NCBI GenBank assembly: GCA_038207085.1
Contig: JBBRAE010000009.1
Location: forward strand, 32,001-96,000
Direction: 5' to 3'
Length of the DNA: 64,000 bases
Source of the DNA: Armatimonadota bacterium
GTDB lineage: Bacteria > Armatimonadota > UBA5829 > DTLH01
Shown here: piece after piece, positions 39,782 through 49,038 of the stretch
How positions within the stretch are numbered: position 1 is the stretch's first letter
How the letters are laid out: the number at the start of each line of letters is the position of its first letter
Position numbers and translations under genes: made by a program
Notes under the pieces: generated by a model
The model's input: the letters and a program-made list of their open reading frames with translations, nothing else
What the model was told of the DNA's origin: nothing
The model's database searches: none

Positions 39782-41707
39782 ATGCGACTGCACATTTTCT
39801 TTCTTGCCACACTGGTTCTCACGACCACACTTGTCGCCGCTGAGGACGCACCTGACGCTCGCCTCGACCAGAAGGTCACCTACCAGGCCAAAGGCGCACT
39901 GCTCCACACCGTTTGCGAGGAACTCACCCAAAAGACCGGCGTCGCAATGCGCTCGGGGTCTAGCCTGAAAGACTGGCAGGTGCGCGACCGCAAGGTGACT
40001 CTATTCGTCAAAGACATGCCGCTTCGGGATGTGCATGCCAACCTCGCTAAGCTTTTGCGCTTCCGGTGGACCAAGTTCGACTCCAAGGGGTTGACCAGCT
40101 ACAGGATCATCCAGGACGCCAAAGCGCGGACCGAGGAGGAGTCGCTGCGAGTGGCGGCGGCTGAAGAAAAGACGCAGAAGAGAACCAAAGCGCTCGCAAA
40201 CGCTCTTGGTGAGATCCATTCTATCGGGTCGCTCAAGCCCGAAGATATCGACAAGCTCAAGGAGACAAACCCCTGGCTGCATGTGCTTGCGACCCAGCCC
40301 ATCGGGCGGTCTCTCTCTCAGCTTATCAAGCAGGTGCCGGAGGTGCGCGCAGCGCTTCAGGAGCGGAGAAAAGCGAGTATCGAGGTATCGAGCCTTTCGC
40401 CTGAAGCCCAGGAAGCAGTGCAGGCCTACGCCAAGGCATCAATGGAGCTTATGGGCAAATTGGTTTCCGGGCACCAAGGCGAACCCGGGTTCGAGCTCGT
40501 GAAGCTGACCCGGCTTGAGGTGAACAAGATGGTGGTTGCCGACCCTGATGGGCAGGAAGCCGACTTCTTCCTGGGCGATGTGTCGACGGATCAGGGTCCC
40601 GGGATTCCCCTGTTCGACAGTACAAGCCAGGTCGGCAGGTTCACCGGTAAGCTTTTTCAACACGTCATAGACACAGACCAGACCCCTGATCAGGCCGAAA
40701 ACCAGCGGCTCAACACTGAGATGGAAGCCCTGATGCAGAAACAGTGGGCGGGGTGGCTCGTCAAACTGCCTGAGGACGACCCCGACCTTGTGAAGACGAT
40801 CGACTACAAAGACGTCAAAAAGCGGCTCGTCACACTGCCCGACTATCTTGAGATACTGGCAGAGAAGTCCGACCTGCAGCTATTCTCAGACCACTTCCGA
40901 CCCGAATACGGCACGGGAAACCAGCCCACCCTGGCAGAGTCCAAGCTAAAAGCGATCATCGAGGCGATCGCTATTTCGTTTGAGAAGCAGCCAACAAAGA
41001 CGGGCAAGATCATTCGCCTGGAGGATCACCGCTGGTTCGAAAAGCGCAGTTGGGAGGTCTCCGAGGCGCAGCTTGAGCGGTGGAAGAAGCTTGCCAAGCA
41101 GTACAAGCTGACTCTTTCAGAGCTTGTGGAGATGGCGAGCCTATCCGACGCACAGATCGAGCATACGCTCTATGGGGATGGGGAGATGGGTGAGTATATT
41201 GATGTTTGCGTTTTTTGTGATGAACGGAATCGGCAAGTCCTGCGTTTCTTCGGGGCGCTCAGCTCGGCACAGCAACTTGCCTCTCAGGCCGAACAGGGGC
41301 TGTCGATCGAGGCGCTCACCCCGGCGCAGCTTGTGAGCCTGCAGGGTATGGCCAAGTTCGATCCCGCCAAGCCGCTTGTCTTTAGACTGGGAAGCGATGA
41401 GATCGACGGCTACAGATGGCATACCTTTACCCTTGTTGACTTATCCCTATACCTGGAGCCGTCTTCGGAGCCGCAGGAAGATACCGTGGAAGCTCCCGCC
41501 GAAGACACGGATACGGATGACGAGACACATGTGGTCCCTGATGGGGATGATTCGTGGAAAGAGGAACTTGCGCAGGGTGTGGCCGGAGAGTGGTCGATTC
41601 GCATCCCGACCAAAGCCCCCGAGCCTTGCGACGAGAGTTACGAACCGGAGCCAGGCGAGGATGTGCCGGAGATCAGTCCCGCGCCGGATGCGGCTCCCTC
41701 AGAGTAG
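39782..41707 (+). CDS. Secreted STN/N0-like protein with an acidic tail; paralog of 24890..26698
   Basis: Signal peptide; DARLDQKVTYQAKG, DWQVRDRKV, WFEKRSWEV. Confidence 0.75.
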   Translation: MRLHIFFLATLVLTTTLVAAEDAPDARLDQKVTYQAKGALLHTVCEELTQKTGVAMRSGSSLKDWQVRDRKVTLFVKDMPLRDVHANLAKLLRFRWTKFDSKGLTSYRIIQDAKARTEEESLRVAAAEEKTQKRTKALANALGEIHSIGSLKPEDIDKLKETNPWLHVLATQPIGRSLSQLIKQVPEVRAALQERRKASIEVSSLSPEAQEAVQAYAKASMELMGKLVSGHQGEPGFELVKLTRLEVNKMVVADPDGQEADFFLGDVSTDQGPGIPLFDSTSQVGRFTGKLFQHVIDTDQTPDQAENQRLNTEMEALMQKQWAGWLVKLPEDDPDLVKTIDYKDVKKRLVTLPDYLEILAEKSDLQLFSDHFRPEYGTGNQPTLAESKLKAIIEAIAISFEKQPTKTGKIIRLEDHRWFEKRSWEVSEAQLERWKKLAKQYKLTLSELVEMASLSDAQIEHTLYGDGEMGEYIDVCVFCDERNRQVLRFFGALSSAQQLASQAEQGLSIEALTPAQLVSLQGMAKFDPAKPLVFRLGSDEIDGYRWHTFTLVDLSLYLEPSSEPQEDTVEAPAEDTDTDDETHVVPDGDDSWKEELAQGVAGEWSIRIPTKAPEPCDESYEPEPGEDVPEISPAPDAAPSE

Positions 41708-41764
41708 CTTTTCCATCTCGGCGCACAAAAAGTCGAGTCCTGAGGCGCTTCTCGGACCGGGGGG

Positions 41765-42967
41765 CTACTGCTCAAGCTTGAACCCCTCGGGCCAGAGTGT
41801 TGCGTCGCTCGCGTTTACACCGTTCATCGACGCCTCCCCGATCCCCCCGGAGCCCCGGAAGTCGGCGCCTTCCACATTTGCCGAGTCAAGAGTCGCATCG
41901 TCGAGGTCGACTGAGGCAAGAGTCGCGCCTGAGAGATTGGCCCCGGCGAGGTTCGCGCCACGGAGATCGCAGTTTGACATCACGGCGTTTGAGAGATCGG
42001 TGTTTTCGAAGCGGACGCCTCTTAGATCGGCTCCGCGGAGGCTTGAGCCGGGCATGACGGCGTTTGTGAAGTCGGCGGCGTTTGAGTCGCCGTGGAGGTC
42101 GGCGTCATCGAAGCGCGCGCGGGAGAGTTGAGCGCCCGAGAAGTCCGCGCCACGGAGGTTTGCACCTCGGAAATCGGCGCGTTCGAGGTCGGAATTGGCG
42201 AAGTTTGCGCCTACCAGGCTCGATCCCGCAAAGTTTACGCCCCCGAGGTCCTGGCCTGAGAAATCTCGGCCGTTCAGGTTCTTGCCACGGTAGCTTTTGG
42301 GGGCCTGAGAAGCTTTCACGCGCGCAGGTTTTTTGGACTTGCCATACTCCGGATGCTTGCTCCAGACCTTGTGTTCGTCATGTGATGCGGCAGTCGTCGC
42401 CGCCTTGGTCTTTGCGACGGGCTCGACGGCGTTCTTCTTAAGAAGCACTGGAAGTCCGACACCGGCGCACACCGCGAGTGTGATGCAGAGGAATATCGCG
42501 GTCCCGCGCCAGCCGTTCTTCTCGGACTGAACCGGCACGCCTCGCTTGAGCGCTGTAACACGCGAAGGCGGCGGTTGATGTGCGGCCGACCACCCCGGGG
42601 ACTTTCCTCCAACGAGCGCTCGGACCTCGTGAAGGAGCTTGCGTGCTTTGTCGTAGCCGGGGTCGATGTGGATCGCGGCGTTCAGCCGCTCAATCGAGTC
42701 TTCGAGCTCTCCCGCCTGATACAGCAGTTTGCCGAAGTTATACTGCACCTGTGCGGAGTGGGGGTTCAGACTTGCAGCCTGGTTCATTGCGCGCATCCCC
42801 TCGGTGATGCGCCCGGTGCGCCCGAGGCACGCGCCAAGGAGCATATACCCCTCGTAGCCCTCAGGGGAGTATATGACGATATCTTTCAGTATCTTGACGG
42901 CGTGCGCGAAGTCCTCACGCGCGATCGCCTCTTTTGCAGTGTTGATCAAACGGACATCTTCGCTCAA
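41765..42967 (-). CDS. TPR + TM + pentapeptide-repeat protein
   Basis: N-terminal TPR-like helices, one TM segment, a long run of A(D/N)(L/F)xG pentapeptides. Confidence 0.85.
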   Translation of the reverse strand: MSEDVRLINTAKEAIAREDFAHAVKILKDIVIYSPEGYEGYMLLGACLGRTGRITEGMRAMNQAASLNPHSAQVQYNFGKLLYQAGELEDSIERLNAAIHIDPGYDKARKLLHEVRALVGGKSPGWSAAHQPPPSRVTALKRGVPVQSEKNGWRGTAIFLCITLAVCAGVGLPVLLKKNAVEPVAKTKAATTAASHDEHKVWSKHPEYGKSKKPARVKASQAPKSYRGKNLNGRDFSGQDLGGVNFAGSSLVGANFANSDLERADFRGANLRGADFSGAQLSRARFDDADLHGDSNAADFTNAVMPGSSLRGADLRGVRFENTDLSNAVMSNCDLRGANLAGANLSGATLASVDLDDATLDSANVEGADFRGSGGIGEASMNGVNASDATLWPEGFKLEQ

Positions 42968-42991
42968 CTCTTGGCCCTCCCGGGCGCGTGG

Positions 42992-43072
42992 CTAACCCGC
43001 ATTATTCACGAGAAGCGTGAATGATGCTCTCTTAGCAAGAGCTTTATTCGCTTCACGAATAAAGCGGGCTAA
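42992..43072 (+). repeat. 81-bp double-hairpin repeat element
   Basis: Near-identical to 29306..29386. Confidence 0.85.
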
Positions 43073-43073
43073 G

Positions 43074-46000
43074 CTACTCCGTCCACACTCTTTCCGCTCC
43101 TACAAGGTCTCGGATAGCGGCCAGAAATTGCGGAGAAGGAGCCACGCAGCACCCCGTGCATACCTTCGCAGTGTCGCCTCGATCAGGAACATGTATATAT
43201 ACCGGCAGTTGGCCGGGATGACTCGATATTGCAGATCTCAGGCCCGGGAGCCTGTTTCGCAGCTCCTCAGAGAGCCTTATGTGCACCTCGCTTGCGGTGT
43301 GCGCCATAGACGAGCCTGCTGCAGTGATGGGCCGCACGCTCTCGGCGGAAAACGCAGTCGTCGGAACGCCCCAGGACGCAATCTGAGGCTGCGCCGTTTC
43401 CTCTAAGGGAGCCGGTTTGTAGCCGTTTTTGAGCACGCTGATGCTGTCGGCCAGAACTTCGACCGTGTATGATCTCTCTTCGTCGTCGCCCGAGCTCTTT
43501 CCTCCCATGCGTTCACGGTGGCTCGCTTTGCCCCGGATAATAACGATGCGGTCGGCCTCAAGCGTCTGTCCGAACTCTTTGAAGACCTTGGGGAAGATCG
43601 TGACTGAGATCGTGCCGGTCAGGTCTTCGATGCGCACAAACGCCATCTTATCCTGGTTGCGCTTGGTCAGGTGGTGCTTGACCTCGCAAATCAGGCCGCC
43701 GACCACGCAGTCCTGCTCGTCGGCAAGCTCCTGGAGCCGCTCGCTTGTGACAGAGACTCGCCGCTCCAGCTGCTCGCGCACATGCATAAGCGGATGGTCG
43801 GAAACAAAGAGCCCGAGGAGATCTTTTTCCATCGCCAAAAGTTCGTCGTTATGAAACTCCGGGACGTTTTCGTATTTGGACGCGTCCATCGCGTGGGAAT
43901 GGTCCTCGTCGTCGTGCGAGCCGCCAAAGAGCGCAGCCTGGCCGTTTAGCTTGTCGCGGTTGATCGCCGTTGCGATCGACATCGCCTCGTCGAGCATCTC
44001 AAGGCCCATCTTGCGCCCCGGGATAATCGATGCAAACGCGCCTGCGCGAATAAGTGTGTCGACGACGCTTTTTCCTACCTGTCCAGTTTCCATCACCCGC
44101 ACGCAGAAGTCAAGCAGGCTCAAGAACGGCCCACCGCTTTCTCGCGCGGCGACGATCGCCTCGACCACGCCTTTGCCGACGTTTTTGATAGCTGCCAGGC
44201 CAAAGCGCACCTTGCCGTCTTCTACGCGGAAGTCGACCGCGCTTGCGTTTACATCAGGAGGCAGCACCTCGATCTTGAGCCTGCGGCACTCTTCGATGTA
44301 GAGCGCGATTTTTTCTTTGTTGTCAAAATGCGTGGCAAGCATCGCGGCGAAGTATTCGACTGGGTAGTTTGCCTTGAGGTACGCTGTCTGGTAAGCTACA
44401 TGGGCGTAGCAGACCGCGTGGGCTTTGTTGAAACCATAGCCTGCGAACGGCTCGACCAAGTCAAAGATGGAGGCGGCGATTTTCTTCGAGATGCCCTTGG
44501 CCTGGGCGCCTTCGAAGAACTTGGCCTTCATTTTGTCCATCTCTTCTTTTTTCTTCTTACCCATAGCCCGGCGCAGAATGTCCGCCTGACCGAGAGAGAA
44601 GCCCGCAACGGCGCGCGCGATATACATGACGTCGTCCTGATAAACGACTACGCCGTAGGAGTCCTTGAGCAGCGGCTCAAGACAGGGATGGAGGAATTCG
44701 ATCTTCTCCTGGCCGTTCTTACACCTGATATACTGCGGGATGTTCGCCATCGGGCCTGGCCGGTAAAGCGCGATCATAGCCGCGAGTTCTTTGATCGAGG
44801 TGGGCCGCAGTTCCTGGATATACTTGCGCATCCCCGCGCTTTCAAGCTGAAAGACGCCTGTGGTGTCGCCTTTGCTCAGCATCTCAAAGGCACTCCGGTC
44901 GTCGTGGGGGATATTCAGGATATCGATATGCTCCCCACGGCTCTGCTTGACGTTTTTGATGCAGCGGGCAAGGATCGTCAGGTTGGCTAAGCCAAGGAAG
45001 TCCATCTTGAGCAGGCCGACCATTTCAAGGCCGTGGGCGTCAAACTGGGAGATGATTTCTCCGCGTGACCCCTTCATCACCGGGCTGCTCTCTACAAGTG
45101 GGTCGCCTGAGATGATGATGCCCGCCGCGTGCGTGCTGGAGTGACGCGACACCCCTTCGAGCATCTTCGCGGTGTCGATCAGCTTCTTTACAGCCGGGTC
45201 GGCCTTGTAAGCCGCGTCAAACTCGGGGTTTTCTCTCATCGCCTTGCTGATAGAGATACCAACTGGGATGCTTGGGATCATCTTACAGATCTTGTCGACG
45301 TCAGCAAGCGGCATGCCAAGAGCGCGCCCAACGTCACGGACAGCAGCTTTTGCGCCGAGCGTTCCAAAAGTGATAATCTGGGAGACGTGGTCCGCGCCGT
45401 ACTTCTCGGTGACGTAGCGGATAACCTCGTCGCGGCGGTCGTCCTGAAAGTCCATATCGATATCAGGCATGGACACGCGCTCGATGTTAAGGAATCGCTC
45501 GAAAGGTAGCGCATACTCGATCGGGTCGACGTCTGTAATCCCCAGGCAATACCCGACGATCGCTCCCGCCGCGGAACCTCTGACACCGATACAAATCCCC
45601 TGCTGGCGCGAGAACAGGGCAAAGTCGCGCACGATCAGGAAATACTTGGGGTAGCCCATCGTCTTGATGACGTCGAGCTCCATTTTGACGCGCTCCCTGA
45701 TCTCGTCGGTAGGCTCCGCGTAGCGCTCGTTCATCCCTTCCCACGCGAGCTGTTCGAGGTAATCGTCGGCGCTCATCCCCTCGGGGATGCCGGGCTCAGG
45801 CATCTGACTTCGCGAGAAATCGAGCTCCACGTTGCAGCGTTCAGCGATCTCAAGCGTGTTTTCAAGCGCGCCGGGGATGTGGCCGAAGCGCTCGGCCATC
45901 TCTGCCTGGCTTTTGAAATAGAACTCCTGGCTGCCGAACCTGAATCGCTTGGGGTCGTCGATCGTCGTGCTGGTCTGGATGCAAAGCAGCACGTCGTGTG

Positions 46001-46655
46001 CGGATGCGTCGGCTTTGGTCAGATAATGGTTGTCGTTGGTGCAGATCAGTTTGACGTCGAGCTCCTGGCTCATCCTGATGATCGCTTCGTTGACGGCTTT
46101 TTGCTCGGGCAGGTCGTGGTCCTGAAGCTCGAGGTAGATGTTGTCTTTGCCGAATATCTCGCGGTACTCGCAGAACGACTTGACCGCCGCGTCGTAGTCG
46201 CCGCGGTTGATCATCTCAGGGACCTCGCCTCCAAGGCACGCCGTAGCGGCGATTATCCCTTTGGAGTGGCGTGAGAGAAACTCTTTGTCGACGCGGGGCT
46301 TGTAGTAGAACCCGTCCGTCCACCCGACCGAGCAGATCTTGAGCAGGTTCTGGTAGCCTTCCAGGTTTTCGGCAAGGAGCAGGAGGTGAAACTGTTTTTT
46401 GTCTTTGCCGGGGTTGCGGTCGCTCATCTTGCGCGGGGCGACGTAGACCTCGCAGCCGAGGATCGGCTTGATCCCTTCCCTCAGGCACGTCTCGTAGAAG
46501 TTGATCGTGCCGAACATCACCCCGTGGTCAGTGAGCGCCAGAGCAGACATGCCGTATTCTTTGGCGAGCCTGACCATATCCCTGATGCGGGTCGCCCCGT
46601 CAAGGAGACTAAACTCGGAGTGTGTATGAAGATGAACGAAGTTAGACGTGCTCAC
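43074..46655 (-). CDS. dnaE: DNA polymerase III alpha subunit
   Basis: PHP domain HLHTHSEFSLLDG, RGSAAG, PDIDMDF, KMDFLGL, YGFNKAHA, OB fold. Confidence 0.98.
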   Translation of the reverse strand: MSTSNFVHLHTHSEFSLLDGATRIRDMVRLAKEYGMSALALTDHGVMFGTINFYETCLREGIKPILGCEVYVAPRKMSDRNPGKDKKQFHLLLLAENLEGYQNLLKICSVGWTDGFYYKPRVDKEFLSRHSKGIIAATACLGGEVPEMINRGDYDAAVKSFCEYREIFGKDNIYLELQDHDLPEQKAVNEAIIRMSQELDVKLICTNDNHYLTKADASAHDVLLCIQTSTTIDDPKRFRFGSQEFYFKSQAEMAERFGHIPGALENTLEIAERCNVELDFSRSQMPEPGIPEGMSADDYLEQLAWEGMNERYAEPTDEIRERVKMELDVIKTMGYPKYFLIVRDFALFSRQQGICIGVRGSAAGAIVGYCLGITDVDPIEYALPFERFLNIERVSMPDIDMDFQDDRRDEVIRYVTEKYGADHVSQIITFGTLGAKAAVRDVGRALGMPLADVDKICKMIPSIPVGISISKAMRENPEFDAAYKADPAVKKLIDTAKMLEGVSRHSSTHAAGIIISGDPLVESSPVMKGSRGEIISQFDAHGLEMVGLLKMDFLGLANLTILARCIKNVKQSRGEHIDILNIPHDDRSAFEMLSKGDTTGVFQLESAGMRKYIQELRPTSIKELAAMIALYRPGPMANIPQYIRCKNGQEKIEFLHPCLEPLLKDSYGVVVYQDDVMYIARAVAGFSLGQADILRRAMGKKKKEEMDKMKAKFFEGAQAKGISKKIAASIFDLVEPFAGYGFNKAHAVCYAHVAYQTAYLKANYPVEYFAAMLATHFDNKEKIALYIEECRRLKIEVLPPDVNASAVDFRVEDGKVRFGLAAIKNVGKGVVEAIVAARESGGPFLSLLDFCVRVMETGQVGKSVVDTLIRAGAFASIIPGRKMGLEMLDEAMSIATAINRDKLNGQAALFGGSHDDEDHSHAMDASKYENVPEFHNDELLAMEKDLLGLFVSDHPLMHVREQLERRVSVTSERLQELADEQDCVVGGLICEVKHHLTKRNQDKMAFVRIEDLTGTISVTIFPKVFKEFGQTLEADRIVIIRGKASHRERMGGKSSGDDEERSYTVEVLADSISVLKNGYKPAPLEETAQPQIASWGVPTTAFSAESVRPITAAGSSMAHTASEVHIRLSEELRNRLPGLRSAISSHPGQLPVYIHVPDRGDTAKVCTGCCVAPSPQFLAAIRDLVGAERVWTE

Positions 46656-46784
46656 AGTTCCGCGCTTCCTGTCCGGTGGCGCAAGCGCCACTGGATCTAC
46701 GGCGCTATCTGCGCCGTCTCTTAAAGACTGGCGCTATGCGCCACGGGTATCGCGAGCTTACGCGCAGGCAAATGCGCCCACGCA

Positions 46785-46831
46785 ACCCAAGATATGGTGC
46801 TCGCCGGGGAACAATCACCAACATATTGTGC
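46785..46831. promoter_or_regulatory. Tandem NrdR-box-like operators
   Basis: ACCCAAGATATGGTGC (46785) and CACCAACATATTGTGC (46816), 31 bp apart; both fit acaCwAtATaTwGtg. Confidence 0.7.
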
Positions 46832-46846
46832 CAGCAAGCAACTTAG

Positions 46847-46875
46847 ATTGTACACCAAGCAGACGGTGATTTCAA
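46847..46875 (-). promoter_or_regulatory. Sigma70 promoter for dnaE
   Basis: TTGAAA-N17-TACAAT. Confidence 0.65.
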
Positions 46876-46973
46876 GCGCGGGAGGGCCATTCCAGCCCGT
46901 TTGGTATGGTGAGTTTTTACCCAGCGGAGGAGCTTGTGAAGCTTGTTTGTGGAAAGTGGAATACTTGCGGAAA

Positions 46974-46999
46974 GGGCGGACACATTGGTCCGCCCCTAC
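46974..46999. repeat. GTAG-type REP palindrome
   Basis: Identical to the copy at 15938. Confidence 0.85.
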
Positions 47000-47016
47000 G
47001 ATAGCGTCCGCACCAT

Positions 47017-47793
47017 TTAGAACATCGCCGCCATTCCCTTGGGCTCTGTGATTTCGCCCTGCAGGGATACGGTCCTGACGATCACGGGAATGCTCTTGCC
47101 GGAGGCCTCGACAGCCTGTTTGGCCGCGGCGACTATCCCAAAGCAGCAGGGGACCTCCATGTGGAGCACCGTGACACTCTTGATGTTGTTCTGCGTGACT
47201 ATTGCGTGTAGTTTTGCGACGTAGGCGTCGATGTCATCGAACTTCGGGCAGCCGATCACAAGTGCTTTGCCACGCAAAAAGTCGGGATGAAGCGAGCCGT
47301 AGGCAAACGCTGTGCAGTCGGCTGCGACAAGCAGGTCGGCGTCCTGGAAGTAGGGCGCTCCCGGGTTGACGAGGTTCAGCTTGACCGGCCACTGCCGAAG
47401 TTCGCTTTCGATCTGGACGCTCTCGCCTGCGGGCTTGGCCACTTCGTCTTTGGCGCGGAAATCGAACATCTTTGCGGACGGGCAGCCGCCTCCGCCGTGA
47501 TGGGCGTGGGGTTTGGGCGCGGCGTGAGGCTGCGGGGCGCGACCGATCTTCTTCAGGTGCTCCTCTACCGCGGACTCATCGTACTCCTCAGTATCGCGTT
47601 CTTCGAAAGAAAGCGCTCCCTGCGGGCACTCGCCAAGGCAGGCGCCGAGCCCGTCGCAGTAGCGGTCCTGCACAAGCTTCGCCTTGCCGTCTATGATCTG
47701 AATAGCCCCTTCGGCGCAACTCGGAACGCACAGACCGCACCCGTTGCAGAGCTCCTCGTCAATTTTGATAACCTGCCTTGTAACCTTTGCCAT
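47017..47793 (-). CDS. 4Fe-4S ferredoxin-domain protein
   Basis: CNGCGLCVPSC, CDGLGACLGECP, AADC, GCPKFD, MEVPCC. Confidence 0.9.
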   Translation of the reverse strand: MAKVTRQVIKIDEELCNGCGLCVPSCAEGAIQIIDGKAKLVQDRYCDGLGACLGECPQGALSFEERDTEEYDESAVEEHLKKIGRAPQPHAAPKPHAHHGGGGCPSAKMFDFRAKDEVAKPAGESVQIESELRQWPVKLNLVNPGAPYFQDADLLVAADCTAFAYGSLHPDFLRGKALVIGCPKFDDIDAYVAKLHAIVTQNNIKSVTVLHMEVPCCFGIVAAAKQAVEASGKSIPVIVRTVSLQGEITEPKGMAAMF

Positions 47794-47861
47794 TTTCGAT
47801 GTCCTCGCTTCTTGTATAATCACTTTCTAATACGATTATAGACCAGGCGGAGTCGCAAAAC

Positions 47862-47877
47862 CTTGACCCAGGTCAAG
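47862..47877. promoter_or_regulatory. Crp/Fnr-family (HcpR-like) palindrome
   Basis: CTTGACCCAGGTCAAG upstream of the ferredoxin gene. Confidence 0.6.
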
Positions 47878-47968
47878 AACAGTAAATATCTCGATCTATT
47901 TTCCTGGGAGCAGGTCTCTGGAAATACTTATGGAGATTTGCGCCTGTAAGTTACTGCTGAGGTAGTAA

Positions 47969-47984
47969 TGGCACGATTCTTGCA
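47969..47984 (+). promoter_or_regulatory. Sigma54 -24/-12 promoter
   Basis: TGGCACGATTCTTGCA matches the consensus. Confidence 0.8.
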
Positions 47985-48038
47985 CCAATCACCAGTAACA
48001 CGCCCCTCAGGTAATGGGCACGAGGAGGGACATCCGAA

Positions 48039-48161
48039 ATGAGTAAGTTTAGCAAGGCAATAAGAACAACCGCCCATATAGCGGTGCTCTGCCCCGTGAC
48101 AATCGCGATGGGAACCTATATGCTCTTCGCCCGCAAAAGGCTGTTCGAGCAGTTCCTGTGA
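48039..48161 (+). CDS. 40-aa putative membrane microprotein (absent from the ORF track)
   Basis: GAGGAGG RBS; MSKFSKAIRTTAHIAVLCPVTIAMGTYMLFARKRLFEQFL; lies downstream of the sigma54 promoter. Confidence 0.6.
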   Translation: MSKFSKAIRTTAHIAVLCPVTIAMGTYMLFARKRLFEQFL

Positions 48162-48449
48162 TATCGAAGTAACAATGCAATTTTGAGAGGGAAATTCCAG
48201 CCGCGCCTGATGATTTCAGGCGCGGTTTGTTCTTGTACCGGCCGCCATCTGTTAAGCTTGACGCTTGCCGGCAAGATACGGAACGAAGAAAGCTGGAAAG
48301 ATGAGAAACCGAAAAAGTCTTCTTTCGTGTTTCTCCCGTTTCGTAATTTCATAGTCAAGACTTGTTGGGTGGCGATTTTCGAATCGCCACCCCAAAGCTA
48401 AGACGGGGTTTCCGAATCCCGAAGGGCGTAATGCATGGCAATTGACCCA

Positions 48450-49037
48450 CTAGAGCGTACCCTTGGTGCTCGGAATGCCCTTCACTCGGTCGCTCTTTGA
48501 GACAGCCTCGCCGAGAGCGCGTGCGAACGACTTGAACGCCCCTTCTACAATGTGATGTGCGTTGGAGCCGACGATCTGCCTGATGTGGACGGTCATCTTG
48601 GCGTTTCGGGCAAGGGCCGTGAAAAACTCCTCAACAAGCTCGCTTGGAAACTCGCCGATCATCTCCGCTGGGACATCAAGCGACAATTCAAGGAGTCCCC
48701 GACCGCTGATGTCGATCGAGGTCATCACAAGCGCCTCGTCCATCGGCACTGTTGCTGTGCCGTAGCGGCAAATGCCTTCTTTGGAGCCAAGCGCCTGGTC
48801 TATCACCTGCCCGAGCGCTATTCCCACGTCCTCAACTGTGTGGTGGGCGTCGATCTCAAGGTCGCCTTTGGCAGAGATATCGAGGTCGATCAGGCTGTGA
48901 CGCCCGATCTGGTCGAGCATGTGGTCGAAGAATCCGATGCCGGTCGAGACAGAGGTGTTCCCCTCGCCGTCGAGGTTCACTTTGACCCGGATGTCGGTCT
49001 CTTTGGTTTTTCGCGCGATTTCAGCGGTTCGTGACAT
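48450..49037 (-). CDS. hisB: Imidazoleglycerol-phosphate dehydratase
   Basis: RKTKETDI, FFDHML, HHTVED, NAHHIVE, PSTKG. Confidence 0.97.
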   Translation of the reverse strand: MSRTAEIARKTKETDIRVKVNLDGEGNTSVSTGIGFFDHMLDQIGRHSLIDLDISAKGDLEIDAHHTVEDVGIALGQVIDQALGSKEGICRYGTATVPMDEALVMTSIDISGRGLLELSLDVPAEMIGEFPSELVEEFFTALARNAKMTVHIRQIVGSNAHHIVEGAFKSFARALGEAVSKSDRVKGIPSTKGTL

Positions 49038-49038
49038 G

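Noticed and set aside
43074..46655. Intein or split gene in dnaE
   Set aside because: Length is normal, conserved blocks are contiguous and no intein motifs are visible
48116..48401. 80-aa and 72-aa ORFs downstream of the sigma54 unit
   Set aside because: No RBS and atypical composition; they overlap hairpins
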